The notes beneath the pieces were generated by a model. The model was given only the letters and a program-made list of their open reading frames with translations, was not told the DNA's origin and did no database searches. 64,000 nt of DNA from Lingula anatina (Eukaryota > Animalia > Brachiopoda): assembly GCA_051362555.1 (NCBI GenBank), contig CM120640.1, forward strand, positions 43,254,788 to 43,318,787, in the 5' to 3' direction. Of the stretch, positions 26,866 to 57,697 are shown piece after piece. The translations under genes were made by a program, and so were the position numbers. Position 1 is the stretch's first letter; each line of letters starts with the position of its first letter.

Positions 26866-28673
26866 TTATGTAAAATATTACATGTGCTGCCCTAGCCTAC
26901 AAAGTCATTTATTGTTGTACTAGATAAACATTTTAAAGTATTTTTTTTTCCTATGCAGATGTTTTAGTTTGGAAGCAATACATTATTGTGTTTATATATA
27001 GTAAATTATGACATGTCAAGCATTCTCAGAAGAATAATTTATTCTTTTTTACAATCATCATCATAATTAATATGGATATTTCCGTATTACAGAATGTGCT
27101 CAAAAGATATCCCCTAAATGCAATAAAATGTGATTTTTACAATGACATGCTTAATTTTGTTATCATTAACAATTTAATAATATTATTTTTAGCCAGCCCT
27201 AACTGACTTTTGTCAAGTGATCCATGGCACATATATTTCTACTGGAGAAAAGATTATGTCTGAAATATATTTGAAATTTTCTCTCAATATTAAAGAAGTT
27301 TTCAGTTGCTTGTGCAATTAGTTTGCAGGTGCATGGTTCTGTTCACAGTTTTCAAACTAAAAACTGCAATGTTGCGTATTATAAGTGCATGTAAGATAAA
27401 AAATTACAGAAAGCCATGGTTAGTGCTTGGTGTCATTATTATTTTAATTTGATATTTTTTACTGATTTGATTGGTTACAACTGATAGACAATAAATGGCA
27501 GGGGTAAAGGTTTAAAAGTCTAATGGAGATGTCTGTGAGGAGGCATGGATCAGTACCCAGTTATTTATAAAATTATTTTTATCTGCGTTGTAAGTATTCT
27601 TCAATTGTTTAAGTCATTTGGTTATATGTTTGTAAGTCAAGGACACTAGATTTTTCATTGACATTTATATAAAGAATAAAACAAACTATATAGGAGATAG
27701 AGAAAACAAGGATATGAAACAATAAGTATTGAGATATACTCTCTACTTACACAGTGCACATTTACTTCTTAACCCTTCTATTTCCAGGTATTAAAAAATT
27801 TCTTAAAATCGTCACTTGAAAGTTATGTAAACAACCTGGCAGCTCGTTCCATAATTTTGATTCATACAACTTAAAACGTTTAAATATGAATTTATATTTA
27901 AAACGGGGTATATGCACAATTCCATCGTTAAAATTAAGTCATATAGTTATTAGTTCCTGCTATGTTTATTCGCCAATGGCACTACACTAATCAAGATCAA
28001 CCGACTAGATTATTTGAAACGTCTTACCAAGTACATATCCGACTTCAAAAATTTTCCGTCGAATTTTTGAAGTTTTTCACAATATTAAACTTGAACTGTG
28101 AAGCACTGATGCTGTTACTTTCTGATAGAATTATTTTAATTGGTTACGGCAATGAGCTATATAGTTCATTGGCTACGTGTTTGTCCTCGTATCACAGATG
28201 ATCTTTATTCCCTTACGTGGATGTCACTCCTTGCTGGGAGCGGTACAAATGCACGTGGTCCGGACACATGGTGTTGACAGGAGTTAATTTTCGGAGCCCA
28301 TTCGAAATGTGTACAGATAATCTTGCTGATGAAGGTCGCACACAGAAAGAAAAAAGGTCGATTGGAGCACGTGTATGATTAAATGAGTAATTTGCTGATG
28401 GACTATGGTTGCTATCTAATCTCTTGGCAAATTGAACCCCATTGGACTTTTGACAGCTTGTTATGTTTGTCAGAATCAGTGATAGAGAGAGTCAACATTG
28501 TGGGATAACTTGACTTGAATGGAGAATTTAATACACCACGGGTGTGCGAAGATATGATACCAAATGTAATCCCATCAGCATATTTACCTCCCCCCTTCTT
28601 CCTTTAAAACTAAAGTTGAGCTAGATTAATATTAGTTAAAGATGTCTTATCTGTTGTACCGATGTCTAAATGA

Positions 28674-28721
<48 letters not shown>

Positions 28722-29256
28722 TTTTTGCAACCTCGCAAAATTTGTTCAAGCGTTCTTATAACCATAAAATATGTGTGACGTCGCAGTTAAGTTATCTCAT
28801 CAATCGTTTTAATGGTTTACTACTTAGATTACCTAGTCAAATAGTTACTGTAAAATCGTAAAATCTCATTTGAGGTTGGTAAAAATAAAAAAGCGGCCTA
28901 AACAGTCCAAATATCAATCAACCTGCATATATATATTGTGCTTGTCATTGATCTCCTTCTGCTCAGAATATATTAAAACAAGAGAGAGCATAGAACAAAC
29001 GAGCATGTAAATTTGTATTAGACCTTGGAATTACAATGGAAATGTACTGCATCAATTTTTTTTGTGAGGCAACGGCAGTCATGCTGTTATTATCACCTAG
29101 TTTTTAACCAGAGATTAGAAGGTTAAATATTGACTGTTAGTATTAAAATGGGCAAATGAGTCATTAGACTAAGTTCAGGTCAATATAACAGGATTGTACA
29201 GATAAGTAGCCCACTTTGTACCAATCGGACGCCTCTGCAACACGTCAATTTTCAAA

Positions 29257-31395
29257 ATGGAAGCATTCTTAGGAAAATGGGAAAACGTCCGCGAAGGAAA
29301 CAAGGGGGATGTTGAAGGGTTCTTGAAAGCTGCGGGTAAGAAAAACAGAAACTTATTCAAATCCCCAACATAAGCTTATGCTACGAAGGCAAGGGACGCT
29401 TTGAATTATCTTCCTTTGTACTGGAATTGAAAAAGAGGATTCATTTATATTATTAGCATGTGAGAACTTGCAACAGCCATTGACTGTCGTGAATTTGTTA
29501 TTTTAGAAAGAGCTCTCAGCCTTGAGATGGATAGTTGTTTAAACAAAAATGAAAGTGGAGCTTCTGATTGACATTCAAATCAAAGTGTTCTTGTTTTCCA
29601 TTTTTTAGAAGTTGCCATGAATTCGGTTAAAACCTAGCCATTTTACAGTAAAAAGTACGACCAGAGTTTTCAATTGGTTTAAAAGTACATGTACGTTATG
29701 TTCATACCCTAATGTGCACCGCTGGTTTCTTTGTGGAAAGTAGAATGAATTCAGACACATATAAGAGCACGTGCACTACCTTTTCATTAATTATTTTCTT
29801 TTTTCATTGAATATGAAATTGTCGAACAACGCAGAATCAACTTTGAGCCAACGTGCCCCACCCCCTCCATCCACACATGTACCGTATTCAGCTGACAAGT
29901 AGAGGGATAACTTGGTTTAGGGTGGGGATGAGAGGGAAGAGACGCAGAAGGAAGGCAGTAGAAAATAAGATAGATAAATTGATATTAACTTTTTTCCAGA
30001 AAAAATAGTAATGGTTATTCTGTCGCGAACAAAAAACTCTTGATACAGTATTATTATCTGTTCAGGGCTCACTTTTGAAAATTTTGACCTGTCACGCGGA
30101 TCAAGTGCTCGTTTGATTTCGCAATCGCATATCTTGCGCATGCGTATCATTTAGTGACTTAGTACATCACACGAGGTGGACCTTCCATGTGATATCAGGG
30201 GCCTTTAAAAAGTATATAAAATCAAAGTTTAGACAACGAGCAAAATCTGTGGTCAAAGTGTAGGATGGTCTTTTGATGTAAGGAGATATGGGGAAACAAC
30301 ATTTGCTTCGTAATTAAAAGTTCATGTAGGTCTACTTATCATTTCAGGATCTGAAATATATCTTACATTTTGGTCCTTTAAAGCAGTTTAGGCAACCAAA
30401 AATGATTCTGCACAACAAAACATGCGTTAGACCTATGTGAAACCTCGACAGCACTCTAAAGTCACTTCTGCTGCTGATCCATTAATTTCTTCTTTTCAAA
30501 TATTTGAGAAATACACCAAACATCATCAAATACATAAGATAACCTGTTAACACGTATCCAATAATATATAGATATCAACTAGTTTGATATTTTCTTGTAC
30601 ATGCACACTTTTTTTTCAGGATACCCCCAAGATAAGATTGATTATTACATGAAATTGGACGCCGACAACATTCAGACTGTCACTTTCTCTCAAAAAGGAG
30701 ACGGGTACAGCCATGGCTCGGTTTTTGGTCCCATTTCTACAGAAGTCGATTTTAAGCTGGGAGAGCCACTAGAGAAGGCTTTGCCGCCAGACGGTAAATT
30801 AACAAAGGTACGCACTGAATTCAAAGTGACAAACCAGAATAAAGTCCTATTTAATAAGTTGAAGGACTATTCAATATTCATTTTCTTTATATAGTTTGCA
30901 GATTTCTCTCAGGTTTATCAGTATTTGCACACAGCAGTTTGTGATTTTTAAAGCTAACAAGACACTTTTATCGACCTTAACAAGTTTCTCGTGTACAAAG
31001 TCCAAAGAAGCAAGAAAACCAAAGAAAAAAAGATGCATGAGATATTGTGACAATTGTGAATAAAAACGTTCTGGGGTGAGGGTACACTACTTGCGACAAC
31101 AAACGCAATCATGTGTTATCTTCAACGTAAAGCAACGCCGACAACGATAATTTTGTGACTGAGATATTGGAGTATATATAAAACATGCAGGGTAACTTAA
31201 ATCAAAGCGTGTCTGTTGTTTATGCTATTCATGTACACAGATTTTGTTTTATGCATAGCGAAGTCTCTTTTGCTTCAGATGACCTACGCTCTGGAAGACG
31301 GGGCTCTGGTGGACTATTCCGAGCAAGAGGACTTGAAGACTGTACACAGGCGAACGGTGGAAGGAGATGTCATGACCATGGTAACCCTCTCTCTT

Positions 31396-31442
<47 letters not shown>

Positions 31443-31879
31443 AGTCGTCAGTGTTCCAAATGGTATGTTATCATGTGTAATAGTATTTGCCTGTAAATGA
31501 AAATTCTAAATCAAATATTATATTGGATTAAATGACACTTTATACGCATAAATATCACTTGCATTTTTAAGAGAATTAGATGATACAGACACGGAGTCCG
31601 AGAGTCACACGTGGCGAGCGAAGCTACTGCTATGAGCGAGGGGACACCGCCCTCTCAGTAGTATATTTCAAAAAAAAAAGCGCAACTATTTCAGCTGTCT
31701 CACTCTCAGTACGATCATGAGACGTGAATCGCGTTTCTTTTAACAATTTTTTTCATTCATGCTTTCTTTTGAGACTTTAAATGCAATATAATTTTTACAG
31801 CCGACTGTCTTTAATTTGTTATTTTCAGGTTGTGACACTCAAAGAAGTCTCAATAACAAGACAATTCAAACGTGTATGA
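29257..31879 (+). CDS. Fatty-acid-binding protein (iLBP family), 4 exons, ~139 aa
   Basis: Exons 29257-29335, 30620-30807, 31279-31380, 31829-31879 give 420 nt. MEAFLGKW N-terminus (GxW), FKLGE motif, C-terminal TRQFKRV, and the canonical 4-exon iLBP layout; AATAAA near 32087. Confidence 0.88.
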
Positions 31880-32612
31880 AGAGAAAATTAAATTATTGTT
31901 CCGGATCAGAAATAATAGGACATTATTTGACTTCAAACTCTGCTTTCCCACGGGCAGTAATTGTTTATTCATGATTAATATTCTGAAATATTAGTCAATT
32001 TAAAACTAATTATGAGCTTTTAATAGTGATACAGCCAAATGTAACAAATGATTAATTAATGTGTATGTGAAGTTTTTTTATCTTGAATAAAGATGGTATG
32101 TTACAGATGGTACATTTCTAATAGTAAAGTTCGTCATTATTACCAAGCAAGAATAAATGGCAATAGATGAAGAGCTTTCAAATTGATTTTTATGTTTTAG
32201 TCCAGTAGATAAATTGTTTCACCGAGTTACTCTAAACTAGAGGTCAACTGAGTAATGACGCAAATCCTATGCAAAATTTGGACTTCTGTGCTAAAAGATC
32301 AGATGGCGTCAATTTTTTCTGTTCGCGAGTAAATAATTTTCTTTATAAATTTTGCACAGCAAGTAACACCAGGTCGTTTCTAGGGAGCTGAAGGTTCGCT
32401 ATATAATCTGTCTTTACTCACCTGATTGGCAAACAAGCCACGTGGTGAGGAGGGTTTTCTGAAAAATTACATAAATTTAGTCACCGAAGTCGGAATATAA
32501 CTCATTTGCTTAACAGCAATTCGAAAATAACTGAAAGTATTGTTAGAATGTAATATTGCGTTTGTTTTCAATAAGTGGATTCATGTTGATTCACCATATA
32601 GATCTTGGTAAT

Positions 32613-32765
32613 AATAGAAGTATAAATATTTTGATGCATCTAGAAAGATCTACATAATAGTTGTTCTTATTCCCCAAAGAAGGCCCAGGGGCCGAAAGCT
32701 CGGACTGTATTCAACAACTGTTATGTAGATCTTTGTAGATGCATCAAAATATTTATACTTCTATT
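32613..32765. repeat. ~54-bp-arm inverted repeat around a GC-rich core
   Basis: aatagaagtataaatatttttgatgcatctagaaagatctacataa... / ...ttatgtagatctttgtagatgcatcaaaatatttatacttctatt. Confidence 0.9.
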
Positions 32766-33375
32766 TTCAATAAGTTAAGCGTTGAATCCGAATTGAATCC
32801 CAATACCAATTTAATCCCGATTTCAGATGTCGGGTGCAGTTAGCCTCTGCAAGTCTAGGATCTTGGTTAATCGTTTTTCATGGATTTGATACAGATCATA
32901 CAATATTATAAAACGTATAAGTGTGCTGTGTATGTTGGCCTGGACACACAGACGATGTTTTTTTAAATTCAAATTATGCGGTAAAAGATTTTGCATGAAA
33001 TCTAAAAATCACCCTTCACTCACTGTGCACTCTCAGGCTTAATATAACGACAAGCTGCCCTCACTCTAGGGGGCTAGGAGGAGATACTCGTAGCAGAAAT
33101 TACAGACGCGCGTAGGCCTACTCGTGATCACGAACGCGCGGACCGGAGGGGATAACATGACCCCGACCTTTGTCACAAAAGTGCAGGGATAAATACATAA
33201 AGCCAACCTTCTCGCACATGATCAAAATGTTAATGAGCCAAATTGCATGCCAGTTGGCTTTTATGCTAGACAGGTAAGCCATTAAATGTACATGAACACT
33301 GACACTAACTTGGCAATGGTCTGTTAAAACTTACAAAATGTACAAAATGTATTATTAATTACTCTCTCTCTCCCC

Positions 33376-33412
<37 letters not shown>

Positions 33413-34700
33413 GCGTTGACATTCCCCACACCAAGCTTTTCTACTCTTTCCTTGGAACATTACCTATACGCAAGACCATTCCTTATTGTGTTCGTTTGTT
33501 CTAGTGTTAATCTTTTAAGATTTATTAAAACTGTATATAATGCTTGTGTGCGTTTTGCCTCCATTTTTCGAGAATAAGCTTTGTATAAAAAAGTTAAAAC
33601 TATACGGAATTGAAAACTGTATCAATTATTCTTACATCTTCACCTCACATGTCACGTTGCTATATGTACTACATGTACAGGTATGTATTTTACCTCTTCT
33701 CAGTCACGCAACGACGATAAAACGATGCGACACGAAATAAAGCTTTTATTTTCTTACCAGTGACTGAAAACATGCAATCATGTTTTAGTCCAATTTCTTT
33801 GCCATTTTATCTATGGCAGTAAGTTGCCTCGGGGTAAAGTGATAATACAAATCAAAACAAAAGGATTGCAGGCACCGATACATTGAATGAGACGGAGTGA
33901 CTGCCACGCGCGGAAGATAGGCAGGAAATCAGCCAACTACTCACAGAAAACCACTGACCCATGTCTCTGTCAATACACACGCAAACTACAAACCGTTCAC
34001 GCAAATGAAAATGATTGGCAGTAAACACGGGGAAAGTCCATTCATTGATATCACCCTATGTGCGGTGATATCAGCGTGTTCTATTCAAAGTTAGGGGGAT
34101 TGGGTGGGGAACATTCCCCTCACTGTTCATTGCTGTCGCTCGGCATGCTATCGTGTATATCGGCCTCATGAACAGTGCATTATTTAGTACTTACATATTA
34201 TTATCAATATTATCCTAAACAATATTTAGAGTCATTAAAGACGAAGTATAACGCTTTTTTAACCTGTCTCTGATGGGTCTTTATAACCGAGGACAAACAG
34301 TGATAACAGGTGTCTTTGCTGTATGGCAAACATCACTTATATTTAATACGCCCCTTTACTTTCTCAAAAGACCAAGCTCATCCGTCCGTGTGACCATTTT
34401 GTTACGCATGTGCTTACCCGCGACAAAATGTGCGGAGTAAAATTTCATATAAGTCCCACAACCTGAGATATCTCCGTCTCATAGCCTTACCAGCTTGCGG
34501 CCATCTTTTCTGCAGCTATCCAGACACCCGGATATGTAATTCTCCAGGGTGTTGGATACACGTAGTAGACATATACTATAGAAAGACGAAAGGATGCACC
34601 ATTGCTGTGTGTTTAAGGCTATATCCACCACGGTGTGCAAACCAATCACTCTTCATCCTTAGCCGGGCGTAATTAACTTATACACTGCATGGTACCAACT

Positions 34701-51567
<16,867 letters not shown>

Positions 51568-51848
51568 TGCTCCTTGTATAATGCGTATGTTTTGACAATA
51601 ATTAGATCATACGAGAGAAAAGAAACGGAACGTACTCCAGTAGTCGGGAATTTGGTGTAAACTCTTTATTTCTTCTTTGTCGTTTAGATAAGCATGTAAT
51701 TTATTTTACAAAAAAGTGTTCGATTTTGAATTTTGAATATTTCAATATATTTATTAGACAAAGTTGAAACTTATATCTCTTTTAATTCAGATTTAGTATA
51801 TGAAAAACAGTTGGTATTTGCTACCATACCACAATCCATAAGCTACAG

Positions 51849-52025
51849 ATTGAGGTCTTAAAGAGACGCTTAAACAGCATAGATTTGGAAAATAGGGTTC
51901 GATGCGACGCGGTGAGCTTCTGGCAAATAGGGACTATGTGTCTTGCACTACTGGCATATTTTGTTCGGGATTGGAGGACACTAGTAATGGTGACATCATT
52001 ATTCCCGGGGTTACTGTTCAAAGTC
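51849..52025 (+). pseudogene. Orphan exon fragment of an SLC22 (organic cation/carnitine transporter)-like gene
   Basis: FWQIGTMCLALLAYFVRDWRTL resembles the SLC22 TM5-loop motif (AYFIRDWR). It is preceded by ctacag; I recognised no other SLC22 exons in the window. Confidence 0.65.
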
Positions 52026-52039
52026 ATGTTTCAAAGTCA

Positions 52040-52085
<46 letters not shown>

Positions 52086-52087
<2 letters not shown>

Positions 52088-53311
52088 GCCATTCCGTGGT
52101 ATTTGGTCCGCAGACCTCAAAATTTGAAAAAGGAATCCTACTTATAAAACTTATAATTTCTGAAACCAGACACCATAAGACACCAGAATCCAAAAGAAAT
52201 TTTAGGTTTTGATGATTAATTATGATTTTATTGACACTTTTATCTGGAAAACTTATAAAATAGTGTCACGGAAGGACATTTGTATTTTTGATATATTTTT
52301 CATAATAGAGATCATTTTAAACAATAAAGGCTTAATACATTAAATATAACTTATTTCTTACATTTAGTCATGTGCATTAGATTAAAAAATATTTGATTAT
52401 AAAATAATGGATTAATTAATATCAATTTGTCCTTCCGTGACGATTTTGGTACCTATTTTTTAAGTTTTCTCAGTAACTACAAAAGCCAAAAACTTATAAC
52501 TTCATATTCTCCTCAACCATGATAGGGGCCAACAAAATATTAAAACATTTTTGCTTAGAACCACTTCAATAAGAAATTAAATCCAAATATATAAGCATTA
52601 AACATGACACCTAGTACAGTGGAAGCACGTATGAGGCATTTTGATTGGACCATAACAGGTCATGTGACCAACGAGCCCTAAACCCTTATGTCTTTCAAGA
52701 TAATCTTGTTCTTAAAATTCACAATTTTTATATATATAAACATTTTTAAACTGAGAAACATTTCATTTGAATGAATAATTTTGAAGTACATGTTTACCTT
52801 TGATATTATTCATCAAACTTATGCTGGTATGTATTCATAAAATATTATTATTAGCCTTATTTTGCATTTTATTTAGCAATGGACAAAACGTCCTTCCGAG
52901 ACGCGTCCTTCCATGACGCCTACTTGATTTTTTTATATGCAAAATTTTCAAATTTCTTTTTTTTTCCAAAAAAAAAAATTTATACACTTAGAAAGTGAAA
53001 TAATCAAATATTCTTATTTTGATTTGACTTTTAAAATATCTACACAGACAGAGCAGAATTTTAGTGTTGAAGTTGAAAGTTAAAATTCCATGTCCATTTC
53101 ACGTCCTTCCGAGATGCTAACTATTTATTATAATTTTTTCGCAACTATAATTTTTTTAACCTAATTTTTTGCCTAATTATAACTTACATATAGAAGAATA
53201 AACATACAAAAAATGGACCTTGTAACTTTTTTACTTTTGAAAATATTTTCATTTGAAGTGTCAAATGTCCTTCCATAACAGCAAAAAAAAAAAGATACCA
53301 CGGAATGGCCC
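52086..53311. mobile_element. 1.2-kb non-autonomous TIR element inserted in a (TA)n tract
   Basis: Perfect 17-bp TIR gggccattccgtggtat / ataccacggaatggccc; (TA)n on both sides; internal gtccttcc(g/a) motifs near 52265 (inverted), 52428, 52889, 52904, 53102, 53267. Confidence 0.88.
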
Positions 53312-53392
<81 letters not shown>

Positions 53393-53848
53393 CCTTAAGA
53401 TATAGTTGTGAAGTACAACTGATAAACCTTGATGGTCTTAAGTTAAGTAAACTATACTATACAAAATTTAAAAAAGAAAAAAAAACATGGACGGAATACA
53501 CTGATTGAATGAAAGAAGCCCATGACTCGTTTCGTATAAATTTTGATGTAATTGATATGGTTTTGTTTGCCGAAGACTGAGTTGACCACCTCTATTAAAA
53601 GATGTTGTGCCTAGCAACAAGAGCACACACTTCTAGTACAGACAGAAAACAGGCGAAGTACCAACGACTCGCACTGTCCAACGGCATTGAATTAAAAGAT
53701 ATACGTTGAACGTGCACACTGAACGTCCTCTCTTGACCAGTGAAGTAGTAAACAGGCACATAAATTAGACCTACCTACATGTATGTTAACCTTAGACGAG
53801 CGTTGATGGGGACTGTGATAAGGAGTGTAATACACAGCTCTATATATG

Positions 53849-55830
53849 CACGTCAGTTTTCAATCATGAAGAGGAAATAAAACATGAAATCCACTCACGT
53901 TTTCTGTTGCAAAATATCATTTATCCTGCCAGTTAGCAAACTGACTGGGATTGTAAGTTGCTGCTGTCATTTACCATGAAATTTAGTATTGAAATACCCT
54001 AGGCTTGTGCATTTAAATGTATGACATCAAAAGTTATCAATTAGAACTGGGAAGAACAATGAAACAATCTTGTCAGGTGTAGAACGTGATAAGGTTGGCC
54101 TTTTCGCGTGATTCAGGAGTAATGACACGTATGTAATGTATTTGCAACAATTTAGAAAAAAATGTGTATTATAGCTGATTATATCTTTGTGGTCAAGGAT
54201 ATGGATATGTAGGTGAAGAACAATTTTACTAGAGAGAGAGAAAAAAAAAAACAGACTACCACTGAAAGATTTCAAGGAGAGAGGAAGGAAATCGATCTCC
54301 CCCCCCCCCATCCCCTTGACCATTCCTCAACCTGGCTAAACTACGTGACTAGTTGCACATATACATATATAAAGAATTGGCTGAGCACACTGTGATGGCA
54401 CATATTGAGCTAACAATAACATCATTTCATTGTGCAGCAAATTGATATAACTTTCTGACAAGCGCTGCATGACAGTCCTTGTGCAAATGTGCAAATAATA
54501 TTGGTGAGAAAACAAAGTCATTCACACTTACATAACAAAGTGTCTCTTTTTCATGAGTCCAGTGTACGACCTTATATGACAATGTATGTCTAACTTCAAT
54601 CATAGAAAGGAAACGGAAAAAAATTATCTCACACTTCTGTAAAGAAGTATCATTTATATCACCAAGGCGGAAATCAACAGGGATTGGATAACTTGTTGTT
54701 GTCATTTAGTAGAAATCCGCCTATAGAATACATTTCAAAAATAGATGGCACTATCCTGTGACAGCCAAAGAAAAACAAAAAAAACATTGCACCACTGCTT
54801 TTTAATGATATCAAGGAAATACAATAAGAAAAATGGACTCAAAATGTTTTTCGACAAACAATTTTAGAAGTAATTAGATTTTTCAGTTATCATGAAATGC
54901 GCAACGTCCATAATGATCAAAAATCGGTGAAAAACATTGAAATGGATCGAAATGCATTACCCATGTGTATTAATATATTTTTGTTTTTCTGTTTTGTTTA
55001 CTAGAACGTGAAGATGTGTAGAATTATGTGAAGAAGGTATTGGCCATTCGCGCTAGCGGATGAAGAATATAGGATAGAGAGAAATACCAGATATAATTGG
55101 CCTGGAACCTCCCCTTAATCTGTGCATGAGGCAGGACAAATTTACACAATGATCACTCAATGAAAATTTAAATTTTAAAGCTACATTTGACCATGGAAGT
55201 AGACATACTGACTAATGCCGAGTGTCGTTGTGCACAGAGTTCAGTACCCAACCTAAGAAATTAAGATTTTTATACTTCTAAGTATGAATTTTCAATTAAA
55301 ACATTATAGGTCTTAAAAGAAGTTCAAATTCCGCCAAGCGTTTGTTTACAAAGATTACCTCACAATATACCATTTATCTCAACTTTGAGGAAATCAATTG
55401 TAATTGGTTAAGCCGATGCTATTATTTACAGCGAAAACTAATTTTAGGGAAAAATCATGCAGAGGTGCAGTCTAAATATAAATGACACCATCTCGTGCAA
55501 GGTCAAAAATCAAGGTTGCGTATACCTGCACTGGTATAAATATAGCGGCAAGTTTGAAATAAGGAACGTTGCAACTAATAATTCGCTGCACCTTCTAGAG
55601 TGAATAAGTCTCTGACTATGAATTTCAACGCAGTGCTGGCATTACTTCTTACTGTTGGTCCATTATGCGTCCTTGGACAGGCACTAGGTAAGTGTCATTC
55701 TATTCTAATCATTCGGTAAAAGGACAGAATGAAGTTTAAAAGCCATGCTTAATTTGGCAAGGAATTTTCATTCTGTCCAAAATTTACTTTTGAATTGAAG
55801 AGATTGCATATGCTCTTGTTCTCCCTTATT
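53849..55830 (+). repeat. Segmental duplication copy 1 (vWA upstream region, exon 1, intron 1)
   Basis: Colinear and highly similar to 61796-64000, starting cacgtc(a/t)gttttcaatca. Confidence 0.95.
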
Positions 55831-56457
55831 TGCAGTTCCCCTCAACAGTGGTAGAGACGCTGGAGCTTCAATTTATGACACCCTAGATGCAATATTGAGC
55901 GGATCGCAATACCATAATGTCATGTTCCTAATGGACAGCAGTGGAAGCATATCAGCCTCTGATTTCGCCGTATCAAAGGAAGCGACACAGGTTTGTTTCA
56001 AGTTACAATAAAAAGATCCTCTGTAGCAAAACAATTTTTTTTTTAATATCGTAAGACATTAAAGATTCGAATCAAGGAACTGGAGACGGACGTGTAATTG
56101 ATAAAGTAATGCATTTTTTCTGGTGTTTTCATTTTATAAACTACCATATTAAGCTTTTTTCTTTGATATACCCCTCTGAATAGATGTATATTATACAAAA
56201 TTATTAATTTTTACTTGCTGAACATTTTAATATAATGAATGGCAGACCTTGACTTCTTTAAAGACTGATTTATTTAATAAATGTACAAATTCCTTTTATA
56301 TAAAACCATCATCCATTTTGCATTTTTACTAGCTGAAGAAAACAAACTGATGGATTAGCAACAGTACTAAGAGAATCGGTGGACAGATCACGATCATAAA
56401 CTGTCTTATGACAGATTCCGATTGGAAACTGTCCTAAATGCACTGAATCGCAACCTC

Positions 56458-56509
<52 letters not shown>

Positions 56510-57664
56510 TTTTATGTATTTTTGTGTGTACAGGCAATTCTTAGCGTCGTTGATTTCATCCCCTCATCCAACGCTATAGCATCAGATAAACATAAGATAG
56601 GACTGGTGCGGTTCTCTTCTGATGCAAACACAAAGGTCATAATCACATTGGGGGAGCATGCTAGCTTCAGTAAGAACAACGAGGAAATTGGCAAGGTGGT
56701 AAAAGAAGGTAAATTGGAACGATCACATGAATACAGTGTGTCAGCATTTGGAACATTGGTCGAGTGTTTTTTAATGTTTCTTCGTATTGTACTAAAGGCT
56801 TGAACGGTTTCCTCTAAAATGCATGATTTTTCTTTAATTGTAACACATTTTCAAATAACCTTGGTTGATATTTAAATTAAGTCGAACCAACAGACATGTA
56901 GATCTCTGCTAAGCACCGCTGCCACTACCGTTCAAGGCTAGCGCCTTTGCAATACTTTTCTTGTGTTGGCTTCTTATTCTGTATGTAGGCCTACTTATAG
57001 CTCAGAATTGGTCTGTAAAGTTTCTGAAATCGTCACGTAAACGACATATATAACAGTTTCATAGCAAGTAAATATTGTTTGTAATAAGCAATGACAATTC
57101 TTTTGCTGAAATCAAAGCACCCACTTTAAAAATAAAATCCATACGTGTATTTACTCAACTTTTTTTTAGGCGGTTTGACTAACACCAAAAAAGGCTTACT
57201 ACTCGCTCAACTAGAGTTGGGATTTCGAGGAGGATCTGCTAGAAAGCAACTTATCTGGATGTCAACTGATGGCAAGTCCAATGAAGGAGGAGATCCCATT
57301 GCTACAGCAAATAGTTTGAAGGGACGGGGTGAGTAATGTCATGCCGTTAGAAGAGTAAGCGCAACATTTCAACCGATTTGCACAGCCGATGTGTGGGTGC
57401 TCAAATTCGTAACTTAGCTGAAATGCTTTTTTCAAAATTGAATGAATCGCTGCATTGGCGTGATTGGTTCATGCATTTTCTCTTTCCCTGTGTAAAGCCA
57501 CTTTTGCCAACTAATTTTAAGCCATGCTAAGAAAAAATAGCTTCATCAGATGACGAATTTGCAACATATTAACGCCAACGTTAGAAAGACAAAATTATAC
57601 AATCTTCTTTTTGCAATTCCCTGTGGTTTTACGGGACACAATTTCCGATGCATGAACATGTTAA

Positions 57665-57697
<33 letters not shown>

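Noticed and set aside
28200-28560. GC-richer block upstream of FABP as an exon or ncRNA
   Set aside because: No ORF, splice pair or fold I could support; it may be regulatory or a repeat fragment.
33100-33280. Candidate ABCC4 first coding exon ending at caggtaag
   Set aside because: 34701-34774 encodes the recognisable ABCC N-terminus in the right phase; this segment could at most be untranslated.
54336-54705. Minus-strand ORFs shared with 62482-62849
   Set aside because: Similarity is due to the recent duplication; an indel shifts the frame between copies and no motif is recognisable.
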